From Callorhinchus milii (taxonomy: Eukaryota): DNA of 54,445 nucleotides. A program made the position numbers and the translations under genes. Position 1 is the first letter of the stretch; each line of letters starts with the position of its first letter. The notes beneath the pieces are model-generated. The model was not told where the DNA came from. It searched no databases and saw nothing but the letters and a program-made list of their open reading frames with translations. Location: NCBI RefSeq assembly GCF_018977255.1, contig NW_024705322.1, forward strand, positions 1 to 54,445, in the 5' to 3' direction. Shown piece by piece: positions 37,910 through 51,313 of this stretch.

Positions 37910-38185
37910 GTGAGGTTTCTTCTACTTGCTGCTGCTCTCCGTTTGGGTGTTGCGTGTGTCTCGAATTGTCCTTTGTCTTATTGTGATGCTGGCCGCTCGC
38001 TAGGAAACGGTGATGGAGCCGAGACGCATCTCGCGTCTTTGCCACTCGTCGCAAAAGTTTAGCGGAGGTAGGGTTGAGCCTGGCGGCCGCCCTGGTTAAT
38101 GCTTGCAGGTGTTTTACAAATAGCAAAGGCAAAGACAAAGATCCTCCATATAGCCTTTAAAATACTTGCTGCAAGTGATGTTAGC

Positions 38186-38410
38186 GAGCACCTATGAAGG
38201 CCGACACGGCACACGAGGGAGTGAGTGGTTCGCACCACGCCCGGGCCGCTTTGTCCCCATAGTGGCGATGTTTACACACTGCACCAGGTACTCATTTGAG
38301 GCTGGGTCGACCTAAGATAATCGTCACTGGTGTTGGCCATGAGCGGGAATCGAACTCGCCTCTCCAGGTTCATAGCGCAGCGCGCTAACCTCCGCACTAC
38401 CGCTCCCCAC
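38186..38410 (-). mobile_element. tRNA-derived SINE
   Basis: Minus-strand A/B boxes (ggttagcgcg..gagttcgattcccg). The core ccaggtactcattt..gctgggtcgac also occurs at ~41480-41615 and ~41695-41750. Confidence 0.55.
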
Positions 38411-38714
38411 CTTAAACATATACACACACGTCTGATTCCAGTCATAATAAATTACTGTTGGGCTTCTCGTAAAATGGCAGGTCACGTGCGCAGGCATCAT
38501 AGTCCAAATATGATCAATTACTCGCAAATTACTGAATTGGGAAGCTACACAGCATCACCGCCTCCTGACTGGCAGACTTACGTCTGCATGCAGGCCGGTT
38601 CTGCGTTCACGTTGTGCCGCACAGGGTCAGCTGCCCCTGGGGGGTCCCTGCTGCAAGGCTGCCCAAGATGCACTGCATGGAAGGCACCATTTGCATGAGT
38701 TTTATTATTATTCT

Positions 38715-38812
38715 GGATTTGAAGTTTTCGTGACTGCAAGGATCCATACTCTTGGTTATTTCGGTATTATTTTCTTTACCTACGTGTCTTTACCGAAAGA
38801 ACCAAGAGTATT
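38715..38812. mobile_element. Short inverted pair of family A pLTR 3' ends
   Basis: tttcgtgactgcaaggat..ctcttggttattttcggta followed by tacctacgtgtctttaccgaaagaaccaagag. Confidence 0.6.
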
Positions 38813-40389
38813 TCATATTATTGTTTTTACTACAACTCAACGCGATCACAAAACGGAAGAGGGGGGGGGCGACAAAAGTTTGGCGAACAGCAGACCCGAG
38901 TTTGGCACGACAGGGCCACCGAAGGGGTAAAACTGGGCTCACTGCTCGCCATGTACACGTTCAGTGACGACGACGACGATGATGAAAGCATGCTTGATGG
39001 AATGCCTTCCAGACAAAGTTCAGAAGGACGGAATCTCCACCCCCTGAGTTAATAGTCTCGGTTGAGGACAACCAGCCCATCATCTCTATACAGGAATGAT
39101 CAAATTGCTTTTCTAGGAAGTCTACATTCAAATTTAATTTCTTTTGAGCTGCTTTTGGTGTATGATTCGTTGTCCTTCACCTCATACCTGCGATTAGCAC
39201 TGTGCGCTTCGTGCGATGCGACAAAAGGTATGCATACATGCAACGTGGGAATACTTAATCCCGCCATAGTAATGTGGAAATGCCATGGCCTGCTTGAGAA
39301 CGTTCCCGTCGGGAATGAGCGCCACCGTCCCGACGCCGGTTTGAGCGGCGGAAAAGACGCGTTCACGTTGCAGGGGCGGGGGGGGAGGGCGTTGGGAGAA
39401 ATGTGATTGATGTCTGAGCGATCATCTTCTCCTCAATCGACCAGACTGCAGGGCGATGGGGAGGCGGAAGATGAGGAGGATGCGGTTGTGAATTCGTTTC
39501 TTTGAGAGCTGCAGTTCAGTCAATTGCAACGTTCCTGCCTCCCTCACATCTCTCTCCAGCCGCTCTCCCGCCCGCCCCCCCCCCGCTTTGACCCATCGAG
39601 ATGAAGCGCAGCGAATGCGTTGCCATCTCGCAGCCCAGGGTGCAGGATGCAAACGCGGCGCCAGCTTTCAACAAACATCTTTTTTTCTTTTTGCGCCGAC
39701 GGCTTCGCTAACAGTTTCTCACCTGCCCACCGTGACTTCCCACGGGGGGAGGAAAGGACGGGGGGGGGGTTCCCTGATTAATTTCACACCATGGGCGAGA
39801 GGTGGGGTCTGCGTGCTAAACACGCACAGGGGGTGGGGGGGGCACGAGGGGGGGGGGAGCAAACACGCGCGTGCTATGGGATGGACTGGCGCGCGCCTGC
39901 CATGACTATCGCTTACCGCGCTCCTCGGGCAAATAAGCGCAAGGGACTGGGGCTGAATACTGATCAGTGCTATTCAAGTGCGGCGGGGCGGGGGGGGCTG
40001 CAATCCCATTGTGTCTGTATTCACGGCGCCACTGAATTATCCTCGGGGTGATTGCAAATGCAGCAATATCGGGTTTCTCGGTTAAACTGTGCCGTCGCTC
40101 CCGATTGCATTGGAGGCGTTAAAATGCATGCCTCGGTCTCTACGATTACATCTCATCTTTGATGATTTTGTTCCGTGCAAAGCCGGGCACTTCTGCGAAA
40201 CATTTTGTTGCAATGCTCAAATGCTGCATTCGGCATAGGAAATGGCGTCTGCTCGTCACCGTGCTAATGGTTTTGAATGACAGTAATTACGACATTAACG
40301 ACGGCAGTTGCTTCATTCCGAAATGGATTCTTGCAGTGCCCGGCAATAAAAATGCATTCGTTGGTTGGGATGATGCGCACTGATTTTTT

Positions 40390-40760
40390 TTTACGTCCTT
40401 TGGGCCACAACCACAGACCAGGTCATCTGAATGCCATTGATTATAATGGCCTTGGAGAGGCCGATGTGGGATTGCATAGCAGAAGCCCTCAGGTATATAT
40501 TTGTCTGCAGGCTCATGACTGCTTAATAAAAGGTGCAGGTCTGCAATTGCTTGTTCATCCCACTGCTGCAGAAGGGCCTCCACTAGAGGAGGTTTTAGAC
40601 AGCACCTCTCACAAGGTACCTTGGTCTACTCTTCCAGACGTCTTGGAAGAGGTGGAAGTAACTACACTCTGCCCATCGCACGTGACCTGCTGGTTGACTA
40701 ACTGTGGTGTTGCCATTGATATCGCTGGGTCAACAGAGGCATAGGGATGAAATTTACCCA
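40390..40760 (-). mobile_element. Decayed non-LTR reverse transcriptase fragment
   Basis: Minus-strand remnants GRVDQGTL and HSDDLV lie in the order and spacing of the RT GVxQG and (Y/F)ADD motifs. Confidence 0.35.
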
Positions 40761-42614
40761 TAATTTCAACTTCCATGGTGGGACATTGGACTAGCGACCT
40801 GTACATTGCTCGTCAAGTGTACTTACTATTACGCAAAATTGTAAAAAAAACTAATTTACATTCAATGTGCTTCATGTAAAAAAAGTCAATGGGATGTTAT
40901 GATTTGGTTGGTCTGGTTAATTTTGTTAGGTGTGGCCTAAGATTATTCATCACCTGAATGTCAACACATTGGAATGATGCTCATCCCGGTTAATTGGTGA
41001 CCCTGAGTCAGTGAAGGACGTTCTACATTCTCATGACGGGCCAGTCCTCCATTGTAACGATGCGTGGGTTTCTCCAGATACTCCTGCATCTCACCCACAT
41101 GCAGCCAAATTTTGAGAATCAATAAGGCTTTCGTGGGGAAATCATTGGCATTCGTATTATTTTAGCTACATTGTACAGTTTGCCAACACCTGGCATATGG
41201 GCAGTGCTGACCTAACTGCTACTCTGTGAACCACGATGGCCGCAATAAGTGCCTTCTAACAGCACTTACCATGGAAGTATAGCCATGCTAAATATGGCTC
41301 CTCGTTTAAGTACACACAAAGATCCCCCTGCAGTCACACGGGCTTTTTGGGAATGTGCCATTAGCGAGCACTTATTAAGGGCGCTGCGGACCACGTGGCG
41401 ATGGTGGGGCTAACGCCACGCCACGCTCGGCGTCTTCATCTTCCCAGTGGAGAATATTTGTTTTTCTCCCCCATAACACGAGGTATCTCATTTGAGTGTG
41501 AGTCGAACTTGGGTAGGCCCAGGACCGGATCAGATATACGCCACTGATGTTATCAGGAAGCGGGATTGGAACTCGGGTCACCAGGTTTGCACGCTCAGTC
41601 TTGCACTCCCCCACGTGAGTACATCCAATTACAAAGACAAAGATCCCTCCCCACTATAGCCTTAGCAGACTGTTGGGGCAAGGGATTTTAGAAAGCACCT
41701 ATGAAGGCCAACACGGTGCACCAGGTATATCATTTAAGGCTGAGCCGACGGAGGGGAGGCCCAGGGTAAGGTCATATATTGTCATTGTCTATTCGTCACG
41801 AGTAAACAATGGCTGCAATTATACATATACACACATTCATATTCACATGCACACGCAGACACACAATGGAACAAAGATCGTGGGTTTTTTGTATTCAAAT
41901 TGGGTTGGACCATGTGAGGGTTCTGATTTCCTGATACCAGTGGGGCTAGAAATGTGTCATTTGAGTAGTACTGACTTGAATGTGCCAGTAAACATGCAAT
42001 TGTCAAGGCATCTTCATCACTGCACACTCTTATGCCAGTTAGTGTCCTTCCCGCACCTCCGATTAGCACGTTGACTACGTATGGTGCGAAAGAAGTTCAA
42101 CATACATACAGGAGCAGTGAGTTGCTGCTACGGCAATCATTAAGCACCTGGGTGTGCTTTTTAGAAAAGCTTCCACTTAGATGATGATGATGATACTAAT
42201 TATTATTTACCCAGGCAAGCTTCACCAAGACTCTTTGTGCGGAGTGTCCTGCAATTGGATGTTTCGCAAATGCCATGCATGAGCTTTTGGCTTCGTGTCA
42301 GAGAGAAAACCGGAGAACCCGTGGAAAAAAACTCACCGTGCATAGAAGGGGCTGGACAGTCAGCTTAGCCATGCCATGGCCACCTCTTAGCCCCATGCCT
42401 TTACCACCTGCACAGCCCTCGTGGTGACCCATCAAAGTATTTCTTGCGAATTCAGTAAGCGAAACAGTAAGAGCACCAGACATACAAGACAAATAACAAA
42501 TTAAATCCCGACATTTGTACGTCAATGTTATATATATATATCTGTGAGTGGACGTCGGCCCACGGTAGCCACAGAGCCACGCGACAGGGCAACAACAATC
42601 AGTGTGCCCGGCAC

Positions 42615-43970
42615 GCCACCTCTGATGGACTTCACAGCCACCTCTGATGGACTTCACAGCCACCTCTGATGGATTCACAGCCACCTCTGATGGACTTCAC
42701 AGCCACCTCTGATGGACTTCACAGCCACCTCTGATGGACTTCACAGCCACCTCTGATGGACTTCACAGCCACCTCTGAAGGACTTCACAGCCACCTCTGA
42801 TGGACTTCACAGCCACCTCTGATGGACTTCACAGCCACCTCTGATGGACTTCACAGCCACCTCTGATGGACTTCACAACCACCTCTGACGGACTTCACAG
42901 CCACCTCTAAAGAACTTCACAGCCACCTCTGACGGACTTCACAGCCACCTCTGACGGACTTCACAGCCACCTCTGAAGGACTTCACAGCCACCTCTGACG
43001 GACTTCACAGCCACCTCTGACGGACTTCACAGCCACCTCTGATGGACTTCACAGCCACCTCTGACGGGCTTCACAGCCACCTCTGACGGCTTCACAGCCA
43101 CCTCTGATGGACTTCACAGCCACCTCTGACGGACTTCACAGCCACCTCTGACGGACTCACAGCACCTCTGAAGGACTTCACAGCCACCTCTGACGGACTT
43201 CACAGCCACCTCTGACGGACTTCACAGCCACCTCTGACGGACTTCACAGCCACCTCTGACGGACTCACAGCTACCTCTGAAGGACTTCACAGCCACCTCT
43301 GACGGACTTCACAGCCACCTCTGACGGACTCACAGCTACCTCTGAAGGACTTCACAGCCACCTCTGACGGACTTCACAGCCACCTCTGACGGACTTCACA
43401 GCCACCTCTGATGGACTTCACAGCCACCTCTGACGGGCTTCACAGCCACCTCTGACGGACTTCACAGCCACCTCTGATGGACTTCACAGCCACCTCTGAC
43501 GGACTTCACAGCCACCTCTGACGGACTCACAGCTACCTCTGAAGGACTTCACAGCCACCTCTGACGGACTTCACAGCCACCTCTGACGGACTTCACAGCC
43601 ACCTCTGACGGACTTCACAGGCACCTCTGACGGACTTCACAGCCACCTCTGACGGACTTCACAGCCACCTCTGATGGACTCACAGCCACCTCTGACGGAC
43701 TTCACAGCCACCTCTGACGGACTTCACAGCCACCTCTGACGGACTTCACAACCACCTCTGAAGGACTTCACAGCCACCTCTGACGGACTTCACAGCCACC
43801 TCTGACGGACTTCACAGCCACCTCTGACGGACTTCACAGCCACCTCTGACGGACTTCACAGCCACCTCTGACGGACTTCACAGCCACCTCTGACGGACTT
43901 CACAGCCACCTCTGACGGACTTCACAACCACCTCTGAAGGACTTCACAGCCACCTCTGACGGACTTCACA
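42615..43970. repeat. 22-bp minisatellite, about 62 copies (gccacctctgaYggacttcaca)
   Basis: Head-to-tail units with no spacers. Confidence 0.97.
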
Positions 43971-46934
43971 TTGCACGCCACGGTCTCCTGGCTCCCCGCG
44001 TTCACATCGCGAGGCTGTCACGGATAAGTACGCCCCATCGATGTTCTGAAGGGGCACACACTGCCCGCTGGTCACACCGGAAGCGGTTCGACTGATCCCA
44101 CTGGCGCCTTGCGAGGTCAAGGTCAGACATCTGGACGGACAGAATTGCTGCCGAGGTTCATGTTAGGCAACATCCGTCCACCGTTATATCAAATCAAAGT
44201 GCTTACCAGGCTCGTAGCTGCTTAGCTTCTGGATGTAATGAGTTCTGCGCATGTAGTGTGATTTTTTGGTCTAAGACGATGTTTGGATGAATTTCAAACT
44301 TTGATTCGGCATCTTTAAAATTTGCGTACTATGAAGGCCCTTTTAAAGTTGGGTTTTCATTCATATTAGTTTGCCAAATAGCAGTTCTTAACGTTCTTAA
44401 AAATATCTAGCGAAAACAATGTTTTAACGCTTGCAAAGGACAGACTTAATTTGATTGTTAACTTTTCAAATAAATAACTAAACAATGGAATTAGGAATAA
44501 GCAAGCTTCTCCTTTAAGGATAATTACATTGCTCTGGTTGATACTGCTCTGAACACAATTATGATTATCATGCTTCTATTTAATTGCAATAATTACGGTG
44601 GGAAATACTGTTTAGCGCCTTCTAAAGATATAACTAAAGACTCAATTTAGAACGATTGTTACCACACCTCATGTGTCACAACCAGCGCTGCCTTAGAACT
44701 CTGTTAACGTAATTATTCCCTATTTTTACTATTAGAGTCATGTAATTTTCAATAACAACAAATTACACTTTAATCGCTAGGGGTATATAATGGTAAAGGT
44801 GTGCATGTTAGGGTATTATGAGACTTATGGTAATTAAGGGGTCTGGTTGTTTGGGATGCATATTTCAAATTTCATCCAGCTTCAGAGAGTAGCAGTCGCG
44901 TTTTTTCAAATCCAACCACTTTTTGCAAACGATGAGAAAGCCCATGCTCACGAGAGGAGAATGTGTGTCGTCTGGAAACAAATTGATTTAGCAACACGGA
45001 AACGTGTGTCGCTCACAAACGGCAAGAAGGCACACGACTCCCATCATGCCTTGCATGCATCCCATGTCACCGCCGCATCGCATGTGTGACGACAATGGAG
45101 TGATCACATGACATGCATACAAGACGTAATGGCGATTGTGCCTTGCTGCTGCTTGTGAGCAAACACACGTGTGTGTGCGTGTGTTGTTAAATCCAGCAGC
45201 CAAATGATCAGATTACGCTTGTTGGGCCCATCACTAACAGAGAGGGTGTTGGCCTTGAAGCATCTGGAATTGGTTTAAGCAAGCATGACGTCTGATGATA
45301 GACTGAATGTTGAAACCAGTCCATCGTTGATGTGTATTTAACCAACGCTGCTGAAATTATGCACTACCAGAAGGCCATGTGGCTGATGGGATCTGGATAA
45401 AATACACGTTCATATGTATTTATTTCTGACGAATTAAGGGGGTTCTTCGGTCAATTTACCACCATTTCAAATTCTATAAATATTAAAGCACAACAGCTAT
45501 CATTCTGACACCTTTACCATTACATCGAGCGCACTTAAACGTGTTCTTTCTCCCCCCCCTCCCACCTCCAAGTAGGTTCAGTGCCAGGTTTGCTCGATGT
45601 GATCACTTGGTGCATTGATGATAGTGCAAGGAGCATACACACAGGCGTGTCCATCACGTGAGTCAACAGATACGTTCATAATAATTTACATTTGTAAGGT
45701 GAACGCCATCCAAGGATGCCAATACTCCGATCACCGTCGAATTGACTGACAACGCTCATGGCTTGCTTCTGTTCAGGGTTTTTCGCAGGGTAGCTCTCTC
45801 TCGAACACTTGTTCTTTAAGATACCTCCAAATAAAAAAAAGCCATGCGGATTTATGTCAGAGGGGGGAAGGGGCGGCCTGGATATCAGTTTCAGACGATC
45901 TGCTCACAAAACCTTTCATTAAAAAACAAAAGCATTCTCTGCTGTAACGTGGTCGAGCGTCATCGTGTAGGAATGCCTATTTGACTTTTCGCCCTGCACG
46001 TGAGACCACATGACTTCGCTGAGAACATGTTGTTACGGGATGATTGGAGATTTTATCTCCAAAAACCACTCCACAACTTTCACATTTTGGGGTCAAGTGT
46101 TGTTTTGTTGTCGGATGTGTTTTTGTTACATATTGTGATGAGCATAACAATAATACTAATTTACATTTGTAAGGCGCATTTTATCAATAGATCCCAATGT
46201 GTCATGTATAGAAAGCAGGAAATAATAAACAGGACCAGGGTAAACAGCGAGAATTAGGGGTTAAAGGCCAGTTTAAAGAGGTGACGTAATTAAATTTAGC
46301 TAACGATTCTCATTGTCTGATCAGTATGATGTCACGAGGTGTACCAACTGTTGCTAAAAAACAACAACAACTTTGAAGCGTGCCCTGTTTAATGGTAAGT
46401 GCGTTGTCGGGGTAGAATTATAACTACAAAAGTCATCCCCAACTCTCATCTATTAAACCTTCGGTGGTGCTGCGTGATGCTGCTTGGCATTTCGGGCATT
46501 TGGCCCCGTGGTTCTGCAACTCCGTTGTGTAGTGAAACAAAAAAATGTGCTTGCACGATGTTATTCGCCGGAGGTGGGCGGTGCAACATTTTTTTCTCGC
46601 GCTCCCCTCTGGGATGGAGATTCTGAAGGAGCTCATTTCTTCTGGCTTTGCGAGAAGCCACACATACGCCACGCCGCCTTACGCCCACCCGGAATGCAGT
46701 GGCAGATAATCAATTTTTAATTAAGAACGTATCTTTTTTGGAGGCTCAACCTGGGGGCCGGATACCAGGACTTTCAGTTCGGAGTAAAATAATGGCCACG
46801 AGGCGTCTGACTGCGGAACACTGGCACGCAGCTGGCATTTGGAACAGTGCGACAACGCAATTGACTGCTTCAAGCGGTCTCAAGGAATCGCAGTACTTCT
46901 GTGAAAACATTTTCTCAGCAAGCACATGTGGTGA

Positions 46935-47178
46935 ATGAACCCACGTTTAAGACTCCCGTGCCTTAGGATGGTCATGTCTATGCGCCGCTTCTCGGTGGCA
47001 GCCCCAACAGTCTGGAACGATATCCCTCTGCACATTCGCAGCATCACCTCAATCGCCTCCTTCAAGAGAAACTTCAAAACTCACCTCTACAATCATGCTT
47101 TCGAGCGACTCTGAGCTTTGCTCCGCGCCTCTGAGTTGCGGCCACTACGTCTGCAAATTGAACTATTATTATTATTAT
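46935..47178 (+). mobile_element. L2/CR1-group LINE 3' end
   Basis: RRFSVAAPTVWNDIPLHIRSITSIASFKRNFKTHLYNHAFERL with stop at 47112-47114, short 3' UTR and (tat)n tail. Confidence 0.8.
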
Positions 47179-48492
47179 CGCGTGGCAGTCTTACGCAATT
47201 GGGGATGCTGCCGTTGGTCAGCTCACCGGAATGCGCCCAAGATGTCGCCGATTCGAAATCCTGGAGCTGCAGTTGAAACAACGGGCAAAGCTCTTACTTG
47301 ACCATGAAAAGGGTACGCCACTGGTTAGTCGATCGCGGCGTAGGTCGCCTGGTGAGAAATGATGTGGGTATTCCTCTTGTTCCAAGATGCCAGGCCAGCA
47401 TGGAAGAGTAGGCCAAGACACTCTCTGGAGGAGCTCTATAAGAGCTCCGTTTCACTCAGGCCCTTTCGCCAGTAGTGGTGTAACGATTTTAAGGGCTGTG
47501 GATTTACATGGTATGTGTAATTATTTTTTACAGCGGCTCGAGTTTAAGATTTGAACTGCTGATAATAGCTATAACTGACGCTTGCCTACGTTCTCCATTG
47601 ATGCGATGCTAATTTATAAATTTAAAACTGATTAATACGGAGCCTCATTTTCACAGTGGTGACGGGTAATGGTCAAATAATTTTATCACGTGGCAATTAA
47701 AACGCGGCATTTGCGCAAAATGATAATTGCCAGAGCTTGGCTGTCAAAATTTAAATCCCATTAAAGGGTAACAGTGTTTAGGAAAAATGCACCTTCATAA
47801 TCGGACCCTCCGCATACAAATGCATCAGTTATATAAGACGCCTGACCGCACGTTACTGCACCAAGCAGAGTGCTCTGAGTGAACAGGATGGCGGAGAGCA
47901 CTCACTGGCTATTGCGCCCGCTAGTTCAGATGTACTCGAAGCATTGTGAACGTGCGTGGTCGAGGCCAAACATAAGGGAGCTGTTGCGTGAGATAACATT
48001 GCGGTGGTTAAATTCGGTGCGCGAGATATTTCGAGGCATTTTAACTGCGGCGGCGGGGGGGGGAGTATTCGTCAGGAGGCTGAGAAACATGCGCTCGGGC
48101 AACACGGGACAATTATCACATACGTGACTGTGTTGACAGCGACACATTTAGGCGTATGGACTGAAAACAGCCCAGCGGGCAATGTAATTAACGCTACCTT
48201 ATTATAGGACACTATAGACAGTAGATGTGTCAACTTTGTCTGTGCGGTGACCACTCTTCAGTGTAGAGCCTATCAGTTTGATCAAGTGGAAGAGGGTTTG
48301 ATCTGCTGATGTGTCCTCATATCATATTTTTCATTTTTCACAATGACCAACATGCCTTTCCGTGGTCAAAACATTGGAAATAACGTTTTAGAGAGTATTG
48401 CATCGCACACCGTCATTTAGAGGAAGACACACCCTACATCCCTGATGAGTACGGATGGCGACGAACGGTGCAAATTAAGTTCTGCATACATA

Positions 48493-48660
48493 TTTTTAGG
48501 TATTTTCGGTAAATTCACGTAGGTAAAAAATTTAAATTAATAAAAGTAAAATAAAAATATTTATTTTATTTTTATTTTACTTTTATTAATTTTTTTTACC
48601 TACGTGACTTTACCGAAAAAACCTAAGAATATGAATCCTTGCAGTCACGAAAGCTTCAAA
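48493..48660. mobile_element. Short palindromic family A pLTR insertion without a hammerhead
   Basis: Inverted arms. Exact 12-bp TSD tctgcatacata at 48481-48492 and 48661-48672. Confidence 0.8.
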
Positions 48661-49992
48661 TCTGCATACATACATAACTGCTCTTCATCTTATCAATTGA
48701 TCTGCAGAAAACCCATGAAATTTACACCTTGATTAGCCTTGATAGCCACGCTTATTCAAACACTGTAATTTTATTCAAATGTGTCCATGGATAAGAGAAG
48801 TGACCCACAAGTGACAGCAAATTCTTCCCATTATGGACGCTCATCAATGAATGGGTCATTAGGAAGTGGACCTCCCAGGAGTGACGTATTAATCACATCA
48901 TGCACGGTCTTTACGGATAACAGGAATTGCCCGGCAGTGGTGGCAGATTCATCCTAGTATTCATATTTTATTGACAGATATCCAAGGGTAAGTTGTCAAG
49001 CACCCTTACACCATTGTCATGGATAATAGGAAAGAACGTTACTTTTTCATACTGTTATGATTGTGATATTACGATGGATCGCAGAAGCAGCCTGAAACTC
49101 CTTCATTTGACAAGTCGGCCGAAAAAACCCCAGACAGGTGTGGACCATAACTTCAGAATCCTTCTTGCATGCGCAGAAATCAAATCTTGATACATTTCAA
49201 ACCTCTGGCTGCAATGACCAAAGTGGATGTTGATCTGTGTGAGGTGCAGATTTGTCATTCTGTCGGCGATGAGGAATATTGCCGTACGTCACCCTGTGCT
49301 CAGTGGTGGTTCCCGGGAGCCCGAACCACCAAACGTTTTGGAGGGAACCCATCGCCCGGCGACAAACATTACATGATGGACAAGATGCGTAACTCGCTTG
49401 CGTCGCAAGTGTGGGATATAGCGAAGGCAACAGACTCATTATTCCGTTGACGATAATTGTTCGAACGGTGTCAGTAGAATTGTGAGATTTTTCGCTCTGC
49501 AAAGATCTCAGTTTGAGCGTTCATCTCATGGCGCAACCCGTAAGCTTCTGCGAGCGCCACCAACCGTCCGTGCCAAACTCGTTGTCATCAGGGCCGGGTG
49601 CGCATCCTCAGCGCGGTAGCATGGAGGGGCCCACCCGCCCACGTGCGTTGCGTGCGTGTGCTGCACTTCGCTTTGGGGCACACGTAGCCGACCGTGCGCT
49701 AATCGGAGGTGCCGAGTGTGACGGCCACACGGGGAGCCGTGAACGTGGCAACGCATTCCCGTTTAGTTTGATCGTGACACGCGGGCGACGGGGGACCGAC
49801 AAGTCGGGGTGGGGGGAGGTGGGGCAATGCCTGCAGCCCTGAAGCCACGGCGCTTGGAGCCACGCGGTCGACGTTTGGGGCGTTGCTGAAAATGTCGTGG
49901 CACGAATGGCAGGCCCCACCCGCTGTGGTGCTGCCACCCGCGCTCAACGCGGGGGGCTTGGGCTTTGGGCGCTGTTTGAGAGCCGATGTTAC

Positions 49993-50201
49993 ATATTCTT
50001 GGGGTTTTTTTCGGTAAAGTCACGTAGGTAAAAAATTAAAATTAATAAAAGTAAAATAAAAAATTAAATAAAAATCACGACATTTCGGAGGCAACACAAG
50101 CCTCCGTCTTCAGGTGGAAACGTCACAGCACGATAGCTGTATCAAGTGAGAGGTTTAATTTTTTACCTACGTGACTTTACCGAAAAAACCTAAGAATATG
50201 A
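49993..50201. mobile_element. Family A pLTR inverted pair with a minus-strand hammerhead motif at 50076-50116
   Basis: Exact 12-bp TSD agccgatgttac at 49981-49992 and 50202-50213. Reverse strand reads CAC-CUGAAGA-C-GGAGGC/uuguguu/GCCUCC-GAAA-UG-UC-GUG. Confidence 0.8.
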
Positions 50202-50983
50202 AGCCGATGTTACCTTGACTGCCTTTCCATTCCCCGCTCCGCCCACCCATCCACCCACTCGCGGTCAGTGTCTATTTCCCAATTCCTATCCTTGCCGCTC
50301 AAACGAATTGAATGAAAAAAACCCTTTGCCACAAACCAAAGCCATTCATCATCAGCTCTCGTCATTTGTCAGATGGAGACTCCCTCGTCTGTGCTTCTTG
50401 CATTCCACTTCCGTGCAAGCGCTCCGTGTTGGGTTCCTCGCCGGAATTCCACTTTTTCGTTTCCAGTCCTCAGAGAGTGCCTCGGAGGATTGAAACATCC
50501 AGATCTTCACGGGATCGCCCTCTTATGGAGGTAGCTGTCTGCCAAATTCTAACAGTCGTCCCAGGACATTACAACGCCTGGGTTTTTTATGTCAGTTGTA
50601 CAATAATAATACACCACTCAAGTTATTTCCTCTTTCTGTGTTGTGAAAGATGCTTGCTTCTTCCCACGATATGTCAATTTTTATTGAATATACCGTGGAG
50701 GTGACAACCCTACTATTGACAGAGGAGCATCTTAGATGGCAGACGAAACTAGAATTGTTCATTGAAAATCAATGCATTGCAGGTGTCACACCAAACAAAA
50801 CAGATCACATGCCCCCATGCTGTTTCAAAATGTGTCTGCGGTGTTTCCATCTCAGAGAAGTGAGTTCAGGAATCAGTTGAGGAGAGAGGCTGAACAGTGT
50901 GCGTGTGTAATGCATTCGTGCAGCGAATGAACTTATAAACAAAACTATTCTCTCATATGGACTGCTTGCACCGGTGCTGTTTA

Positions 50984-51313
50984 TTTTTAAATCCTTTATA
51001 TTAAGTTCACTTGCTGCTTGCGCGCTTACGACCGTGCAAATCTTTCCGTCGTGTTTTAACCCACTTCCCGTGATCCAATCGAGCTGACATTTTGCACACA
51101 GACTCGTTGTGCGTGACAATTTATTTTCGTGAACATTTTTTTCCAAAAATTTTCCACTTTTTAGGAAAAAAAATTCATATTTAATTTAAAATACCAATGT
51201 GATAAAACTGAAACTCTTACTCAAGAAAAACAGAAATGAATAATAAAATAAAACCGATGCCACGCATATAAAGGATTTATAGTGAAAAACTTGTTTTTAC
51301 GGGTTAATTTTTT
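50984..51313 (+). mobile_element. HINE/DINE-1-like element with a replaced middle segment
   Basis: Same ends as 17361-17722; ~51197-51258 is unrelated to the other copies. Confidence 0.72.

Noticed and set aside
37910..38062. Continuation of ORF 37769-38062
   Set aside because: Similarity to Cav2 stops at the GT donor (37910); the rest is intron read-through.
42615..43970. CRISPR-like array, or tandem hammerhead cores (ctgaNgga)
   Set aside because: No unique spacers, no cas genes, eukaryotic context. The unit has CUGANGGA and no GAAA strand.
48441..48475. ctgatga..gac-gaac hammerhead-like string
   Set aside because: No GAAA, and no convincing stem I or cleavage triplet.
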